The notes: generated by a model from the sequence alone, not told the origin. 64,000 nucleotides of DNA from an uncultured Ignavibacteria bacterium (GCA_964588305.1 CAZPOP010000008.1:12145-76144); one strand, 5' to 3'. Positions 26,116 through 36,668 are shown, counted from the first letter of the stretch. A program made the numbers and translations.

Positions 26116-28275
26116 ATGACTCAAACAAAAGCGCTACGGACGCTTTTTTCTTCCATTCTTCTGACTGTGGTCTTAGCGGGAGCCTTTTTGGCAATCGATT
26201 CCTGCACCACCCCATCCAACGAGCAGGAGGGAGAGATGTCGAAGCCACCTGAAGCTCGCACAGAAAATGTTGTGGACGTGATACACGGGCAAAAGGTTGA
26301 AGATCCCTATCGCTGGTTGGAGAATGGGGAAAGCCAAGAGGCGCGCGAGTGGGTGAATGAGCAAAACGAGTTCACGCGCTCCCGACTGAATCAGGTTCCC
26401 GGACGGATGCGGATCGGAGAGCGGTTGGAGAGTTTGTTGTCCATAGGTTTTATTACCTCCCCGCGGGTGCGCAAGGGCCGATACTTTTACGAAAAACGCG
26501 AGGGCAAACAGGATCAGCCCATTCTTTACATGCGCCAGGGACTGGAAGGAACAGGACAAATAGTGATAGATCCAAATGCTTTAGACGAAGCAGGCTTGGT
26601 GGTTCTGGATTGGTGGTTCCCCTCAGATGATGGAAAGCTTCTGGCATACGGCCTTTCCAGTGAGGGCAACGAGGAGAGCACACTTCGTGTCATGAACGTG
26701 GAGACCGGTGAAAATCTGGCCGATCAGATTCCAGAAACCAGAGGCTGCAGCGTAGCCTGGATGAAAGATAAGAGCGGTTTCTACTACACCAGATACCCCA
26801 AACCCGGAGAAGTCCCCGACGGAGAGGAAACCTATCATCGGCACGTTTTCTATCATGCCCTGGGAGCCAAAGCTGATGAAGACCCAAAGATATTTGGCGA
26901 AGGCAGGGCTCTGGACGACTGGCCGGAGGTCCGTCTTTCTTCTGACGGCCGGTTCCTGCTGGTGACGGTCTCTCAGGGCTGGTCCAAGTCGGAGATGTAT
27001 TTTCGGGATATTGAAAACTCGAATGAGTTTGTCCCGATCGTGGAAGGTGTGGAAGCGACGTTCGAGGGGGAGATCGTAGGTGAATATCTCTACCTTCACA
27101 CCAATTATGAGGCACCTAATTACAGGGCGATGAGAGTTGACCTGAAGAAGCCGTCTATGGAAAACTGGATAGAGCTTATTCCTGAGAGCGAGTCGGTTCT
27201 GGAAGCGGTGCAGGTGATAGGCAATAAGATCGTAGCCAGATACATGCAAAATGCTTCTTCCCGACTTAAGGTATTCTCCCTAACCGGTGAATTGTCAAAA
27301 GAGATAGAACTGCCGGCTCTCGGTACTGTGCCTGAAGTCAATGGAGAGTGGGACGGTTCTGAGGTTTTGTTTAGTTACGGATCATTCTTTATTCCACCTA
27401 CGATTTTCCATTATGATCTCAAAACGGATGAGCTTTCTCTTTACGACCGGGTTAAAGCCGACGTGGATACCTCTCTGTATCAGGTTCAGCAGGCTTGGTA
27501 TCAATCCAAGGACGGCACGAAGATTTCGATGTTCTTGGTTCACCAGAAGGACTTGAAGCTTGATGGCAATAACCCGACTTTGCTGACCGGATACGGGGGT
27601 TTTAACTCCAGCGTGACTCCCTCATTTCAACGCAACAGGTTCCTTTGGCTTGAAAGCGGAGGGGTAGTTGCTATTCCCAATCTGCGCGGTGGGGGAGAGT
27701 ATGGAGAGGAGTGGCACAAAGCAGGGATGCTGGAGAATAAGCAAAACGTGTTCGATGATTTCATCGCAGCCGCCGAATGGCTGATCTCAAACAACTACAC
27801 AAATCCTTCAAAATTAGCCATATCCGGAGGAAGCAACGGTGGACTTCTGGTAGGCGCTGTGATGACTCAAAGGCCTGACCTGTTCAAAGCGGTAGTCTGT
27901 GGAAATCCGCTTCTGGACATGATCAGGTATCAGAATTTCCTCATAGCCAAACTGTGGGTTCCCGAATACGGCACAGCCGAAGATCCCGAACAGTTCAAAT
28001 ACTTGTACCGATACTCTCCTTATCATCGGGTTCAGGACAAAACGCCCTATCCGGCCACACTCATGATGACCTCCGAGTCGGACACCCGGGTGGATCCCAT
28101 GCACGCGTTCAAGATGGCCGCCCGATTGCAGGCGACAACGTCTGCAGATGATCCCATCCTCCTGCGTTTTGAAAGCAAAGCCGGTCACGGTGCGGGAACG
28201 CCATTATCAAAAATCATCGAGGAGTATACTGACATCTGGAGCTTTGTCTACTGGCAGTTGGATGTGAAATACTAA
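26116..28275 (+). CDS. Prolyl oligopeptidase (S9A), probable lipoprotein
   Basis: DPYRWLE, GYGGF, RGGGEYG, GGSNGG, DTRVDP and AGHG; N-terminal hydrophobic stretch ending in IDSC. Confidence 0.95.
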   Translation: MTQTKALRTLFSSILLTVVLAGAFLAIDSCTTPSNEQEGEMSKPPEARTENVVDVIHGQKVEDPYRWLENGESQEAREWVNEQNEFTRSRLNQVPGRMRIGERLESLLSIGFITSPRVRKGRYFYEKREGKQDQPILYMRQGLEGTGQIVIDPNALDEAGLVVLDWWFPSDDGKLLAYGLSSEGNEESTLRVMNVETGENLADQIPETRGCSVAWMKDKSGFYYTRYPKPGEVPDGEETYHRHVFYHALGAKADEDPKIFGEGRALDDWPEVRLSSDGRFLLVTVSQGWSKSEMYFRDIENSNEFVPIVEGVEATFEGEIVGEYLYLHTNYEAPNYRAMRVDLKKPSMENWIELIPESESVLEAVQVIGNKIVARYMQNASSRLKVFSLTGELSKEIELPALGTVPEVNGEWDGSEVLFSYGSFFIPPTIFHYDLKTDELSLYDRVKADVDTSLYQVQQAWYQSKDGTKISMFLVHQKDLKLDGNNPTLLTGYGGFNSSVTPSFQRNRFLWLESGGVVAIPNLRGGGEYGEEWHKAGMLENKQNVFDDFIAAAEWLISNNYTNPSKLAISGGSNGGLLVGAVMTQRPDLFKAVVCGNPLLDMIRYQNFLIAKLWVPEYGTAEDPEQFKYLYRYSPYHRVQDKTPYPATLMMTSESDTRVDPMHAFKMAARLQATTSADDPILLRFESKAGHGAGTPLSKIIEEYTDIWSFVYWQLDVKY

Positions 28276-28328
28276 GAGTGAATGCTTTAGCCTGTAATTC
28301 TCGTTATCTAAACTCAGGAGAGAGAATC

Positions 28329-28673
28329 ATGGAGAAGATGATTGCCTTTTGTGGACTGGGATGCAGCGAATGTCCGGCATACATCGCTACCCAGAAAGAC
28401 GATGATGAGGAAAGAAGAAAAGTAGCCGAGATGTGGTCGAATGAGTTTAAAGCACAACTGAAACCCGAGGACATCAACTGCGATGGGTGTCTGGCGGACA
28501 GCGACAGGCTCTTCAGCCACGTTAAAGTCTGTGAAATAAGAAAGTGTGGTTTAGATAAGAAAGTGAAGAACTGCGCCTATTGCGATGACTACGCCTGCGA
28601 AAAGCTAACCGAGTTTTTCAAAATGGCGCCAGAGGCCAAGACCACTCTTGACGAAGTAAGAAAGAATCTGTAA
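28329..28673 (+). CDS. DUF3795-family Cys-rich protein
   Basis: CGLxCxxC, CDGC and CEIRKC..NCAYCDDYAC pattern; ATG 28329 follows AGGAG. Confidence 0.85.
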   Translation: MEKMIAFCGLGCSECPAYIATQKDDDEERRKVAEMWSNEFKAQLKPEDINCDGCLADSDRLFSHVKVCEIRKCGLDKKVKNCAYCDDYACEKLTEFFKMAPEAKTTLDEVRKNL

Positions 28674-28702
28674 TCCTTTGAATTGCAGGACACCCTTTGG
28701 TT

Positions 28703-28905
28703 CGGACAGGGGTTGGACCCCTGTCCGGTTGGAAGGGCGGGGGTACAACCCCCGCCCTAACGGGATTGTATCCCGTCAAAAAAACGGGCGCCATGAATGG
28801 CGCCCCTACATCTGTAGGGGTCTGATTCATGGTTCGACAGGCTCACCATCCTGTCTTGGACCCTGAGGCTCAGACCGAAGGGAGCGAAGCCGAAGGATCA
28901 GACCC
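28703..28905. repeat. Cluster of REP-like palindromes (GTAG family), partly nested
   Basis: CGGACAGGGG/CCCCTGTCCG; AGGGCGGGGG/CCCCCGCCCT; minus-strand GTAGGGGCGCCATTCATGGCGCCC; plus-strand GTAGGGGTCTGAT...ATCAGACCC. Confidence 0.75.
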
Positions 28906-28992
28906 GATCCAGACTACATTTCCAATAATCTCTTGCAAAACCCTCACTTCTTTTCTATAGTAGACCCAAAACCTGTAATGAAGAGCTGACTT

Positions 28993-29934
28993 TTGACTCA
29001 ACAAAGAATGCGCGATTCATCACAAAATCAGGGTAACGCAAACATATCCTTAGGTTATCTCTTCTCCGGCATGTCTGCCGTCTTCGCCTCGGTGGCAATT
29101 GTAGCCGGCAAGTGGACGCTTCAGGGCATTTCTCCACTCGCATTGAACGCCCTGGTTTTTCCTATAGGAGCGATTGTCTTAGGGCTGTGCGTGATTCCGC
29201 AAAAACGGTGGAAACGGATTTTCGCCTTGAATGGAAAAGCATGGGTATGGACTCTGACCTTTACCGTCCTGGCTTTCGCTGCGATTTGGACTTACTGGAT
29301 CGGAATAAAGATGATGGACCCCACCCTGGCTTCGCTTCTCAACCGTACGGAGACTCTGGTTACAATTCTTCTGGGTATCGTAATTCTGGGAGAGCGTTTT
29401 TCACGAGGGGAGGCATTGGGGGCGATCCTGGCATTGGCTGGAATCGTGCTGATGAAGTTTACGCTCAGGGTGGAATATTCGACCGGGTTCTGGGTGGTGG
29501 TGTTCAGTGCGGTCTGCTTTGGCACGGCGGAGTTTATTGCCAAAATTGCAGTGCGCTACGTCGATCCCTTGACCTTAAGTTTTGTGCGCAACCTGGTTAG
29601 TGCAGTTATGTTCTGGGTTGCTGTAGCTTTTGTGGGGACTTCCTTTACCGGGGTGGGCTCGGTATTCTGGGGGGTAATAATAATTGCCATCATGGGTCCG
29701 ATCTTAACCCGTCCCATTTACCTTGTCGCTTTGAAACATATCGAAGTATCCAAGGTTGCCCTGATTAACCAGAGCCAGCCTGTTTTCGTGGCGATAATGG
29801 CCATTCTTGCTCTCAAGCAGACGCCTGCATTGCGGGAGATCATAGGGGGAGTGTTCGTTATCGGTGGCTGTCTGCTGATCATCCTGAGCCGCAAAAGAAC
29901 CCCAGACAAGAGTGATTTGGGCCATAAGGAATAG
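28993..29934 (+). CDS. DMT/EamA family transporter
   Basis: Ten TM segments in two EamA repeats (LGERF; QPVF..LKQTP). Start codon uncertain. Confidence 0.9.
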   Translation: MTQQRMRDSSQNQGNANISLGYLFSGMSAVFASVAIVAGKWTLQGISPLALNALVFPIGAIVLGLCVIPQKRWKRIFALNGKAWVWTLTFTVLAFAAIWTYWIGIKMMDPTLASLLNRTETLVTILLGIVILGERFSRGEALGAILALAGIVLMKFTLRVEYSTGFWVVVFSAVCFGTAEFIAKIAVRYVDPLTLSFVRNLVSAVMFWVAVAFVGTSFTGVGSVFWGVIIIAIMGPILTRPIYLVALKHIEVSKVALINQSQPVFVAIMAILALKQTPALREIIGGVFVIGGCLLIILSRKRTPDKSDLGHKE

Positions 29935-29936
29935 AC

Positions 29937-30136
29937 CATAGGGCGCGCACCGCTGCCCACCCGGCTTCCGGCGGGGCTGGGAGCCCCGTCTACGTCAGGC
30001 AATATCCTTCGGCGCATTATAGAGTTTCTCGTAAACACTCGCTTCCAGTTGGTGTTCTTCACCAACAGGAAAGGAACGGCGGGTGAAGAACGCCCGCCTG
30101 AACCAAGGGACCCGTAGGGCGAGCACCCTTGCTGGC
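29937..30136. repeat. GTAG-type REP-like palindromes
   Basis: Minus-strand GTAGACGGGGCTCCCAGCCCCGCC near 29970-29993 and plus-strand GTAGGGCGAGCACCCTTGCTGGCCC near 30115. Confidence 0.5.
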
Positions 30137-30211
30137 CCGGCTTCGCGGAAACCATTACTCGACGATTCTCTATTGTATCGACTGATGATGGGGGAGAGCG
30201 GACGAAGTGCG

Positions 30212-30796
30212 TTAATCGCAGAAGTTGTTTATGGGCCAGAGGAAGTAATACTCTCTGTCTTTCGTGCCATTAACCTCGGTCTCTTGCACTTTGAAACCGT
30301 TGGAAGGATCGAACTGGCTTCGGCACTTGAACATCACTTCTCCTTGAGAATCATAATGGTATTCCTTGATCTCGATTCTCAGTATCTTCTGGTCCTCATT
30401 TCGGATTATCCGCGAGATACGAGCTTCTGCCAGCAGGTTCTCGTCGAAATCGGTGGTGCGAATGCCTTCAGCCTTGGTGGCCGCTCCGAAGCGGGGGCCC
30501 CAAAAAATAAACTCATTGCGAAATCCATCGAAGTCGCAATAGACACGGAGATTACAAGCGCTGACTTCTTTGGTGTAGGCGATGTATTCTAACGGCAGCG
30601 AGTCCTCGTAGAAGGGTGGGCGGTGGCCATTAAGAGTGACTTGAGTTCTGTAAAAGGGGAAAGAATACTTGTCTAAATCTTCTCGATGCCAAATAGGCGT
30701 ATTTCCATCGGTTGGTTGGTCCTGCTGGCCCCAGATGGCTGACCCTGTGGGAATCACCAGTAACGCGGCAAACACAACTCTGAACAGAACCTTCAT
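30212..30796 (-). CDS. Hypothetical exported protein
   Basis: GAGGAGGGTG RBS, ATG start and a signal peptide; preferred over the antisense ORF 30083-30592. Confidence 0.7.
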   Translation of the reverse strand: MKVLFRVVFAALLVIPTGSAIWGQQDQPTDGNTPIWHREDLDKYSFPFYRTQVTLNGHRPPFYEDSLPLEYIAYTKEVSACNLRVYCDFDGFRNEFIFWGPRFGAATKAEGIRTTDFDENLLAEARISRIIRNEDQKILRIEIKEYHYDSQGEVMFKCRSQFDPSNGFKVQETEVNGTKDREYYFLWPINNFCD

Positions 30797-31042
30797 ATCA
30801 CCCTCCTCACCTGATATTCCCCCCCTTGTGAATATCGGTCAGTCACAAATCAAACTGGAGTTTTTGGCCCGGAGGTGTATTTTTTTTCGACAGGTCAGTC
30901 CGCCCTGGTCAATTCGCAAAATACGCAAACACCAAAAAGCTTGCATCCTATGTGACCCAACCTCGGCGGTATTGTACTACGGCTTGTGAATCTTGTCAAG
31001 AACTAATTTTTTGCTCCCATTTTTGCCTCCCGCTGGTGGGCC

Positions 31043-31846
31043 TCACCTACGAGAACTGGATTTCCGACGTTTTCCTTTTGCTATTTCGTACAAAAGAATT
31101 CCGCTGGCCACTGAGGCGTTCAACGATTCCGCCTTGCCACAGGTGGGAATTTTAATTATTGCATCCGAAAGGCGAGATAGTGTTCTGCTCAAACCTTTTG
31201 CTTCGCTCCCGATAAGAAGACAGACTCTTGTGGAGTAATCTAATTGGTCGAAATTTTGACCCTCCTTTGAATCAGTTCCGTAAATTCTAAAATGCCGTTT
31301 CTTAAGCTCGAGAATAGTCTCTTCTAAATCGACCTCGTCAAAAATCGGCAGATGGAAGATCGAACCCATGGTCGAGCGAACAACCTTAGGATTGTATAAT
31401 TCCACGGTCTCAGTTGACAAGATCACGCCATCGATTCCGAATGCATCCGCGGTTCTTATCAAAGTCCCCACGTTTCCCGGATCCCTGATTTCATCCAAGG
31501 CTAATAGGGTACTGGAAGATTTTGACCAAACCTGCTCCCAAGAGAACTTTTTGATCTTGACCACACAAATGATTCCCTGAGGAGTGACCGTATCTGAGAG
31601 TTTCTTCAATACTTCACTTTTTACGGGAATGCTCCTGACGTTTCTCCTTTGAAATTCTCTCAGAAGCTCCTTCCCGGCAGTTGAGTCTTGAAACGAACGT
31701 GCGAAAAGAACGAACTCTATCTCCCAATCTGAGTTTGCCGCCTCCTCACAAAGACGCAGTCCTTCGACTAACAATCTCTTCTGGGTCTTTCGTCCCTTTT
31801 TGGTTTTGAGCTTTTTGAGCTCTTTTAGTTTTTCTTTAGAGAGCAT
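31043..31846 (-). CDS. TrmH/SpoU-family RNA methyltransferase
   Basis: VEGLRL, TPQGI, DPGNVGTLIRTA, IGSEAKG and ESLNAS SPOUT motifs; ATG 31846 preferred. Confidence 0.93.
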   Translation of the reverse strand: MLSKEKLKELKKLKTKKGRKTQKRLLVEGLRLCEEAANSDWEIEFVLFARSFQDSTAGKELLREFQRRNVRSIPVKSEVLKKLSDTVTPQGIICVVKIKKFSWEQVWSKSSSTLLALDEIRDPGNVGTLIRTADAFGIDGVILSTETVELYNPKVVRSTMGSIFHLPIFDEVDLEETILELKKRHFRIYGTDSKEGQNFDQLDYSTRVCLLIGSEAKGLSRTLSRLSDAIIKIPTCGKAESLNASVASGILLYEIAKGKRRKSSSRR

Positions 31847-31926
31847 AGCAAGGTGGGCCGGGGTGTCCATCTGGACTGCCCGACTGAAAAGGTGTCGGGA
31901 ATCTCGCCTTTGGCGAGGAACCCGAG

Positions 31927-32904
31927 CTACTTCATCAAGTCCCTGATTTTTCTGCCTATTCCCTCAATTGGATGCTCGGAATGAGTCCTCTTCATCTTGA
32001 CATAATTCTTCATGCCGTTTTCGTACTCTTTGATCCACTCTCTGGCAAATGATCCATCCTCGATCTCTTTTAGGATTTTCTTCATCTCTTTTTTTGTCCG
32101 GTCGCCGATCACTCTGCCCCGCACAAGATATGAACCATACTCTGCAGTTTTGCTTATTCGGTCGAACATTCCGGCTATTCCATGGGATTTGATGGTGTCG
32201 ACGATATAATCCAGTTGATGCACACACTCCAAATAGGCATTCTCCGGGGAAAGCCCCGATTCCACCAAAACCTCAAAACCCGCCTTCAAGAGCTGGGTCA
32301 ACCCTCCGCACAAAACTGCCTGTTCCCCGAAAAGGTCGCCGATGGCTTCGTCTTTAAAAGTTGTCTCGACAGCGCCTGCTTTGGTGCATCCGATAGCTTT
32401 GGCATAAGCCAAAGCTCTTTTTTTGGCCTTCCCACTGTAGTCTTGTTCAACTGCAATGAAGCAGGGCACCCCCTTTTTCTCCAGGAAAAACCTCCTCATC
32501 ACCTCCCCCGGAGCATGAGGAGCAACCATTGTCACGTCCACGTCTTTCGGAGGGAGTATGAGCTTGAAGTGTATCGAGAACCCGCAGGCAAAAAGCAGAG
32601 TCTTGCCTGCGGACAGGTTTCTTTTCAAATCGTCACGATAAATCTTTTTGTGTAAGTGATCCGCGGCCAACACGGAAATGATTTGCCCCAACTTCGCCGC
32701 ACGGTTGGTGGGGTAAACTTCAAAACCGTCCTTTCGGGCAGTTTTTGTGCTCTGACTATTTTTGGGCAAGCCAACTATTACCTGAAGTCCGCTATCCTTC
32801 AGATTCAAGGCCTGTGCTCTTCCCTGACTCCCATATCCGATGACGGCAATGGGCATTTCCTTCAGGTATTTCAGGTCCGCATCTTGATCCTTGTATATTC
32901 TCAC
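31927..32904 (-). CDS. ilvC: Ketol-acid reductoisomerase
   Basis: IGYGSQG.AQALNL.DSG, DLFGEQAVLCGG and IS.TAEYG motifs. Confidence 0.96.
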   Translation of the reverse strand: MRIYKDQDADLKYLKEMPIAVIGYGSQGRAQALNLKDSGLQVIVGLPKNSQSTKTARKDGFEVYPTNRAAKLGQIISVLAADHLHKKIYRDDLKRNLSAGKTLLFACGFSIHFKLILPPKDVDVTMVAPHAPGEVMRRFFLEKKGVPCFIAVEQDYSGKAKKRALAYAKAIGCTKAGAVETTFKDEAIGDLFGEQAVLCGGLTQLLKAGFEVLVESGLSPENAYLECVHQLDYIVDTIKSHGIAGMFDRISKTAEYGSYLVRGRVIGDRTKKEMKKILKEIEDGSFAREWIKEYENGMKNYVKMKRTHSEHPIEGIGRKIRDLMK

Positions 32905-32982
32905 AATCGTATTATTCCTCGCTTACTTGCCAGTTTCTGTTATCTGGTGTGTTTACACACACAGTAATCTGTTTGCCAGCTT

Positions 32983-34074
32983 CTATTTCTTTGATTTGAT
33001 CAAAAGCACGATTCCTAAGACGGCGAAAAGAATGTTGGCGCTCCACGCTGCCAAGGTGGGGGATAATGTTCCGCTGTATCCGAGAATCAGGGCTCCCTTT
33101 ATGATCACGTAGGAACAGAAAGCTATGAGCAAAGTCAGGGCCACGCCAACCGCCATTCCGCTGCGGCGAGGATTCGCAGCGATTGGCGCACCGAAAAGTA
33201 CAATAATGAAATTGATGAGAGGATAGGATATCTTCGAATTCAGATCCGTAAGTTCTTTCAAGACCTCGGCGCCAGCTCTTTTTCTGATTTTCACATATTT
33301 GGCCAGCTCAAAATAGCCCATTTCCTCTGGGTTTTTTTGACGCTCGGCAAAAGCCTCCGGTTTTACTCTCATGTCGGCACGAAAAAGCCTGTCAAAGGTT
33401 CTGTATTCTTCCCCTACGGTTTGGCTCAGAGAGTCGGGAAAGATTCGTTCCCTGCCGTTCTCGAACAACCAGCCATTGTTCTGCCAACCCATCTTTTCGG
33501 CTTCTATCTGTTCTGTCAGTCTATTCTTTACGATTTTCTGTACCAAGACGTCATTCCCCTCTTTTGTTCGGATATTGTAGTTTTCCAAATGGAATATCCT
33601 GCCATCCTCGCTCTGGACGAATATATTGCGTCTGAGGATGTCTGTGTCTTGGGATTTTCTACCGATTTCGAAGCTTCTGATTTCTTCCTTCTTTTTGTTG
33701 GCTACCGGGATAACGATCTCTCCGAAAATCATGGTCAAGAAGCTGATTGCAACTGACAAAATCAAAAGTGGCAATAGAATCCGGTAAAGACTGATACCGG
33801 CTGACTTGATGGCAAGGAGTTCGTTGTGTCTGGCCAACTGACCCACCGAAAAGATGCAGGCGAGCAAAACAGCTACGGGGATAGTCAACGCGAGCATGTA
33901 GGGGGACCAAAAAGCGTAGTATTTGGCCACCAAAAACAAAGAAGCATGCTTATCTATAAAGGTGTCGATATGTTCAACCAGATCGACGATCAGGGCGGTC
34001 AACCATACACCAAACAGACTGAAGATCAGGGAGAAGATGAATAATCGAATGAGGTACTTATCCAGTATGCGCAT
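32983..34074 (-). CDS. lptG: LPS export ABC transporter permease LptG
   Basis: MRILDKYL and NELLAIKSAGISL; periplasmic beta-jellyroll region; downstream paralogue of lptF. Confidence 0.88.
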   Translation of the reverse strand: MRILDKYLIRLFIFSLIFSLFGVWLTALIVDLVEHIDTFIDKHASLFLVAKYYAFWSPYMLALTIPVAVLLACIFSVGQLARHNELLAIKSAGISLYRILLPLLILSVAISFLTMIFGEIVIPVANKKKEEIRSFEIGRKSQDTDILRRNIFVQSEDGRIFHLENYNIRTKEGNDVLVQKIVKNRLTEQIEAEKMGWQNNGWLFENGRERIFPDSLSQTVGEEYRTFDRLFRADMRVKPEAFAERQKNPEEMGYFELAKYVKIRKRAGAEVLKELTDLNSKISYPLINFIIVLFGAPIAANPRRSGMAVGVALTLLIAFCSYVIIKGALILGYSGTLSPTLAAWSANILFAVLGIVLLIKSKK

Positions 34075-34113
34075 TTGAACCTTTACTTCTCTGTACCTTG
34101 AGAAAGGCCACCT

Positions 34114-35481
34114 TTAAGCTTTTCTGAATCTTTTGGGCAAGAGTCTTTCGGTCCATCTCCAGGAGATGAAGGTGGTCTCCCTGGCAGATTTTATTAGTAC
34201 GTAGATTCCCGCTCCCCCGATTAAGATGTTGGCGGACCACATGGCCCAAAAGGCAGAGATGAGTTGCCGGTCGGCCAATTCTTCTCCTCCGATCAGGAAG
34301 GCCCAGTAGAGAACGAAGAATCCCAGACTCAATCCCAGGCCGACCGCCATGCCTCCTTTTCTGGCCATGATTCCCAAAGGCGCTCCCACCAGGACGAACA
34401 CCACGCACGCGACAGGCAGAGCATACTTCTTGTGAACCTCCACCGATAGACTACTTATCTGTCTTTTTTGACTGTGGATATTTTGTCCTTCGCTGGAAAG
34501 CTGGCTGAAGAGATTCCGGTTTCTTTTTATCAGATACTCTATGGCTTCGTTTTCCTCCAAGGGGGGGAGGTCTCTTGAGAAGATCGGTGTTTTCTCTTGG
34601 AAGACACGGGATACAGCTAAATTCACCGGCTTTATGATTTGACTCTGTGACATTCTCACTTTTGTCTTCAGTTCTTTGATGTCCTCAAGCATCGCCTGAG
34701 CGCTTTTTTCCCGATCGGTGCGGAATTCAGAGGTGGTGCGCACCAATCTGTCTCCCACGTCACGAATGTAGATGACCTGTTTATTGAAGCTTACCCGCCG
34801 ATATTTGGTGGGATCCTTTTCGTCAGGGTCATGAATCTCTCCGTTGAATAGACGAAAGATGAGGGTATTGCCATCCGGAGTGAACTCCACCTTGCCCTTT
34901 TCAGCGATGATGGTACGAGGGAGACGCCGGTCCTTCTGATCGTATATGGTGATGTTTTCCACGTCAGAGGATCGCTGATCCACCTTCCCTATCAGGATAT
35001 GATACCCGGGAATCTCGTCCATGAAAACATTTTCTTTCAAATTCACGGTGGGCCGCTTTTGCTGTATATCTGCCGTCAGAAGCCGAGCCTTGTGGTTGGC
35101 TTCGGGTAAAACTTGGTTGTTGAACGCCACCATCCCCAGACCAACGAATACGGAGGCCACAACAGCCGGCATGATTACCCGGTAAAGGCTCACTCCGCTT
35201 GCCTTGAGGGCGGTGATCTCGTTGTCCTGCGAGAGCCTTCCGAATGCCATCAGGGTGGACACCAAGACCGCCATGGGAACCGCCAGAGCCGCCATCCAGG
35301 CTAGGTTCAGAAGGAATACCTGAAGGATGATAAAGGCGTTCAAACCTTTGCCAATGACCATCTGCAATATTTCTATGATGAAATCCATGATGAGAATGAA
35401 GAAGATGACAAAAAGCGCAAAGAAAAAAGGTCCCACGTGTTCTCTGAAAATGTAACGGTATAGTATTTTCATGTTTATCAT
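34114..35481 (-). CDS. lptF: LPS export ABC transporter permease LptF
   Basis: FGRLSQDNEITALKASG, HKKYALP and GAPLG motifs. Confidence 0.88.
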   Translation of the reverse strand: MINMKILYRYIFREHVGPFFFALFVIFFILIMDFIIEILQMVIGKGLNAFIILQVFLLNLAWMAALAVPMAVLVSTLMAFGRLSQDNEITALKASGVSLYRVIMPAVVASVFVGLGMVAFNNQVLPEANHKARLLTADIQQKRPTVNLKENVFMDEIPGYHILIGKVDQRSSDVENITIYDQKDRRLPRTIIAEKGKVEFTPDGNTLIFRLFNGEIHDPDEKDPTKYRRVSFNKQVIYIRDVGDRLVRTTSEFRTDREKSAQAMLEDIKELKTKVRMSQSQIIKPVNLAVSRVFQEKTPIFSRDLPPLEENEAIEYLIKRNRNLFSQLSSEGQNIHSQKRQISSLSVEVHKKYALPVACVVFVLVGAPLGIMARKGGMAVGLGLSLGFFVLYWAFLIGGEELADRQLISAFWAMWSANILIGGAGIYVLIKSARETTFISWRWTERLLPKRFRKA

Positions 35482-35611
35482 CCTTAAATGACAATATAAA
35501 TTGAGCCTGCATTTTTCACAAGGATTTTTGTACTTGACTTTGGAAGGCCTTTCACGGTATATTATTTAGCCGCAGATTTGGGTGAGGTTGTCGAGCCAAA
35601 GGAGCTGGAGG

Positions 35612-36577
35612 ATGAAGACTTCGTTTGTCAAAGATCTGAAGCCGGGCCTGGAGGTGGCCGAGTTCTTTGTGCTACGGAAAAAGGAGCTCAAGGAATATGA
35701 GGGGAAAAGATTCCTGAAACTGGAGATGGGAGACAGGTCCGGAAGGATCGATGCCGTGGTGTGGGAGAATTCAGACCAGCTGTATGAGAGGGCCGAAGTA
35801 GGGGAGGTCGTGAAGGTGAAAGCTTGGGTGACCACCTATAAGGAGGTACCTCAGCTTAAGGTAGATAGGATGAGAAAAGCAAAAGACGACGAGATTGATT
35901 TGGCTGATTTCCTGCCCACCTCAGAAAGAGATCTTAAGCTGCTCTATGATGATTTCAGACGCACCGTTCAGACTATTGAGAATCGTTACTTAAGAAAACT
36001 GCTGGATATATTAATGGAAGATTCTTCCTTGATGGAGAAATTCATGCGTGCCCCGGGCGGCAAGTTGTGGCATCACGCCCGTCTGGGCGGCCTTTTGGAG
36101 CATACCTTAGCGGTCGTTTCCATATGCCAAAAGGCGGCGGAGATGTATGATCTGGTGGACAGAGATCTTCTGATTACCGGAGCCTTGGTACATGACATTG
36201 GAAAGGTTGATTCTTACTCCGTCAGTGGATTCTTCGATTACACTGATGAGGGACGGCTTCTGGGTCACGTCGTCTCCGGAGATGAGTTGATCGACAGGAA
36301 AATTCGGAAGATAGCGGACTTTCCCCAACACCTGGCGCTTAAGCTTAAGCATCTGATTTTGTCCCATCAGGGACAACTGGAGATGGCCTCGCCCGTGGTA
36401 CCGCAAACCATCGAGGCGGTAATTTTGCATTACGCGGACGAGTTGGATGCCAAGGCGGATGCCTTTTCTCACATAATTAAAACACAGAAAATCAAGGGAA
36501 AAAAATGGAGCGACTGGGTGCGCCTGATTGACAGATTCATCTATTTTGGAGAGGACGAAGAAGAAGGCAAAACCTAG
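35612..36577 (+). CDS. YhaM/Cbf1-like OB-fold + HD-domain 3'-5' exoribonuclease
   Basis: N-terminal OB fold; HHA..GGLLEH, HDIGK, GH, ILSH and HYADELDA motifs. Confidence 0.9.
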   Translation: MKTSFVKDLKPGLEVAEFFVLRKKELKEYEGKRFLKLEMGDRSGRIDAVVWENSDQLYERAEVGEVVKVKAWVTTYKEVPQLKVDRMRKAKDDEIDLADFLPTSERDLKLLYDDFRRTVQTIENRYLRKLLDILMEDSSLMEKFMRAPGGKLWHHARLGGLLEHTLAVVSICQKAAEMYDLVDRDLLITGALVHDIGKVDSYSVSGFFDYTDEGRLLGHVVSGDELIDRKIRKIADFPQHLALKLKHLILSHQGQLEMASPVVPQTIEAVILHYADELDAKADAFSHIIKTQKIKGKKWSDWVRLIDRFIYFGEDEEEGKT

Positions 36578-36668
36578 AACCAACACTTGAAATACAAAAT
36601 CCGAAAATGGGGATTGAAGTGATTACAATCTCTACCTTTACATTTTGCGTTTTGATTTTGGAGGCATG

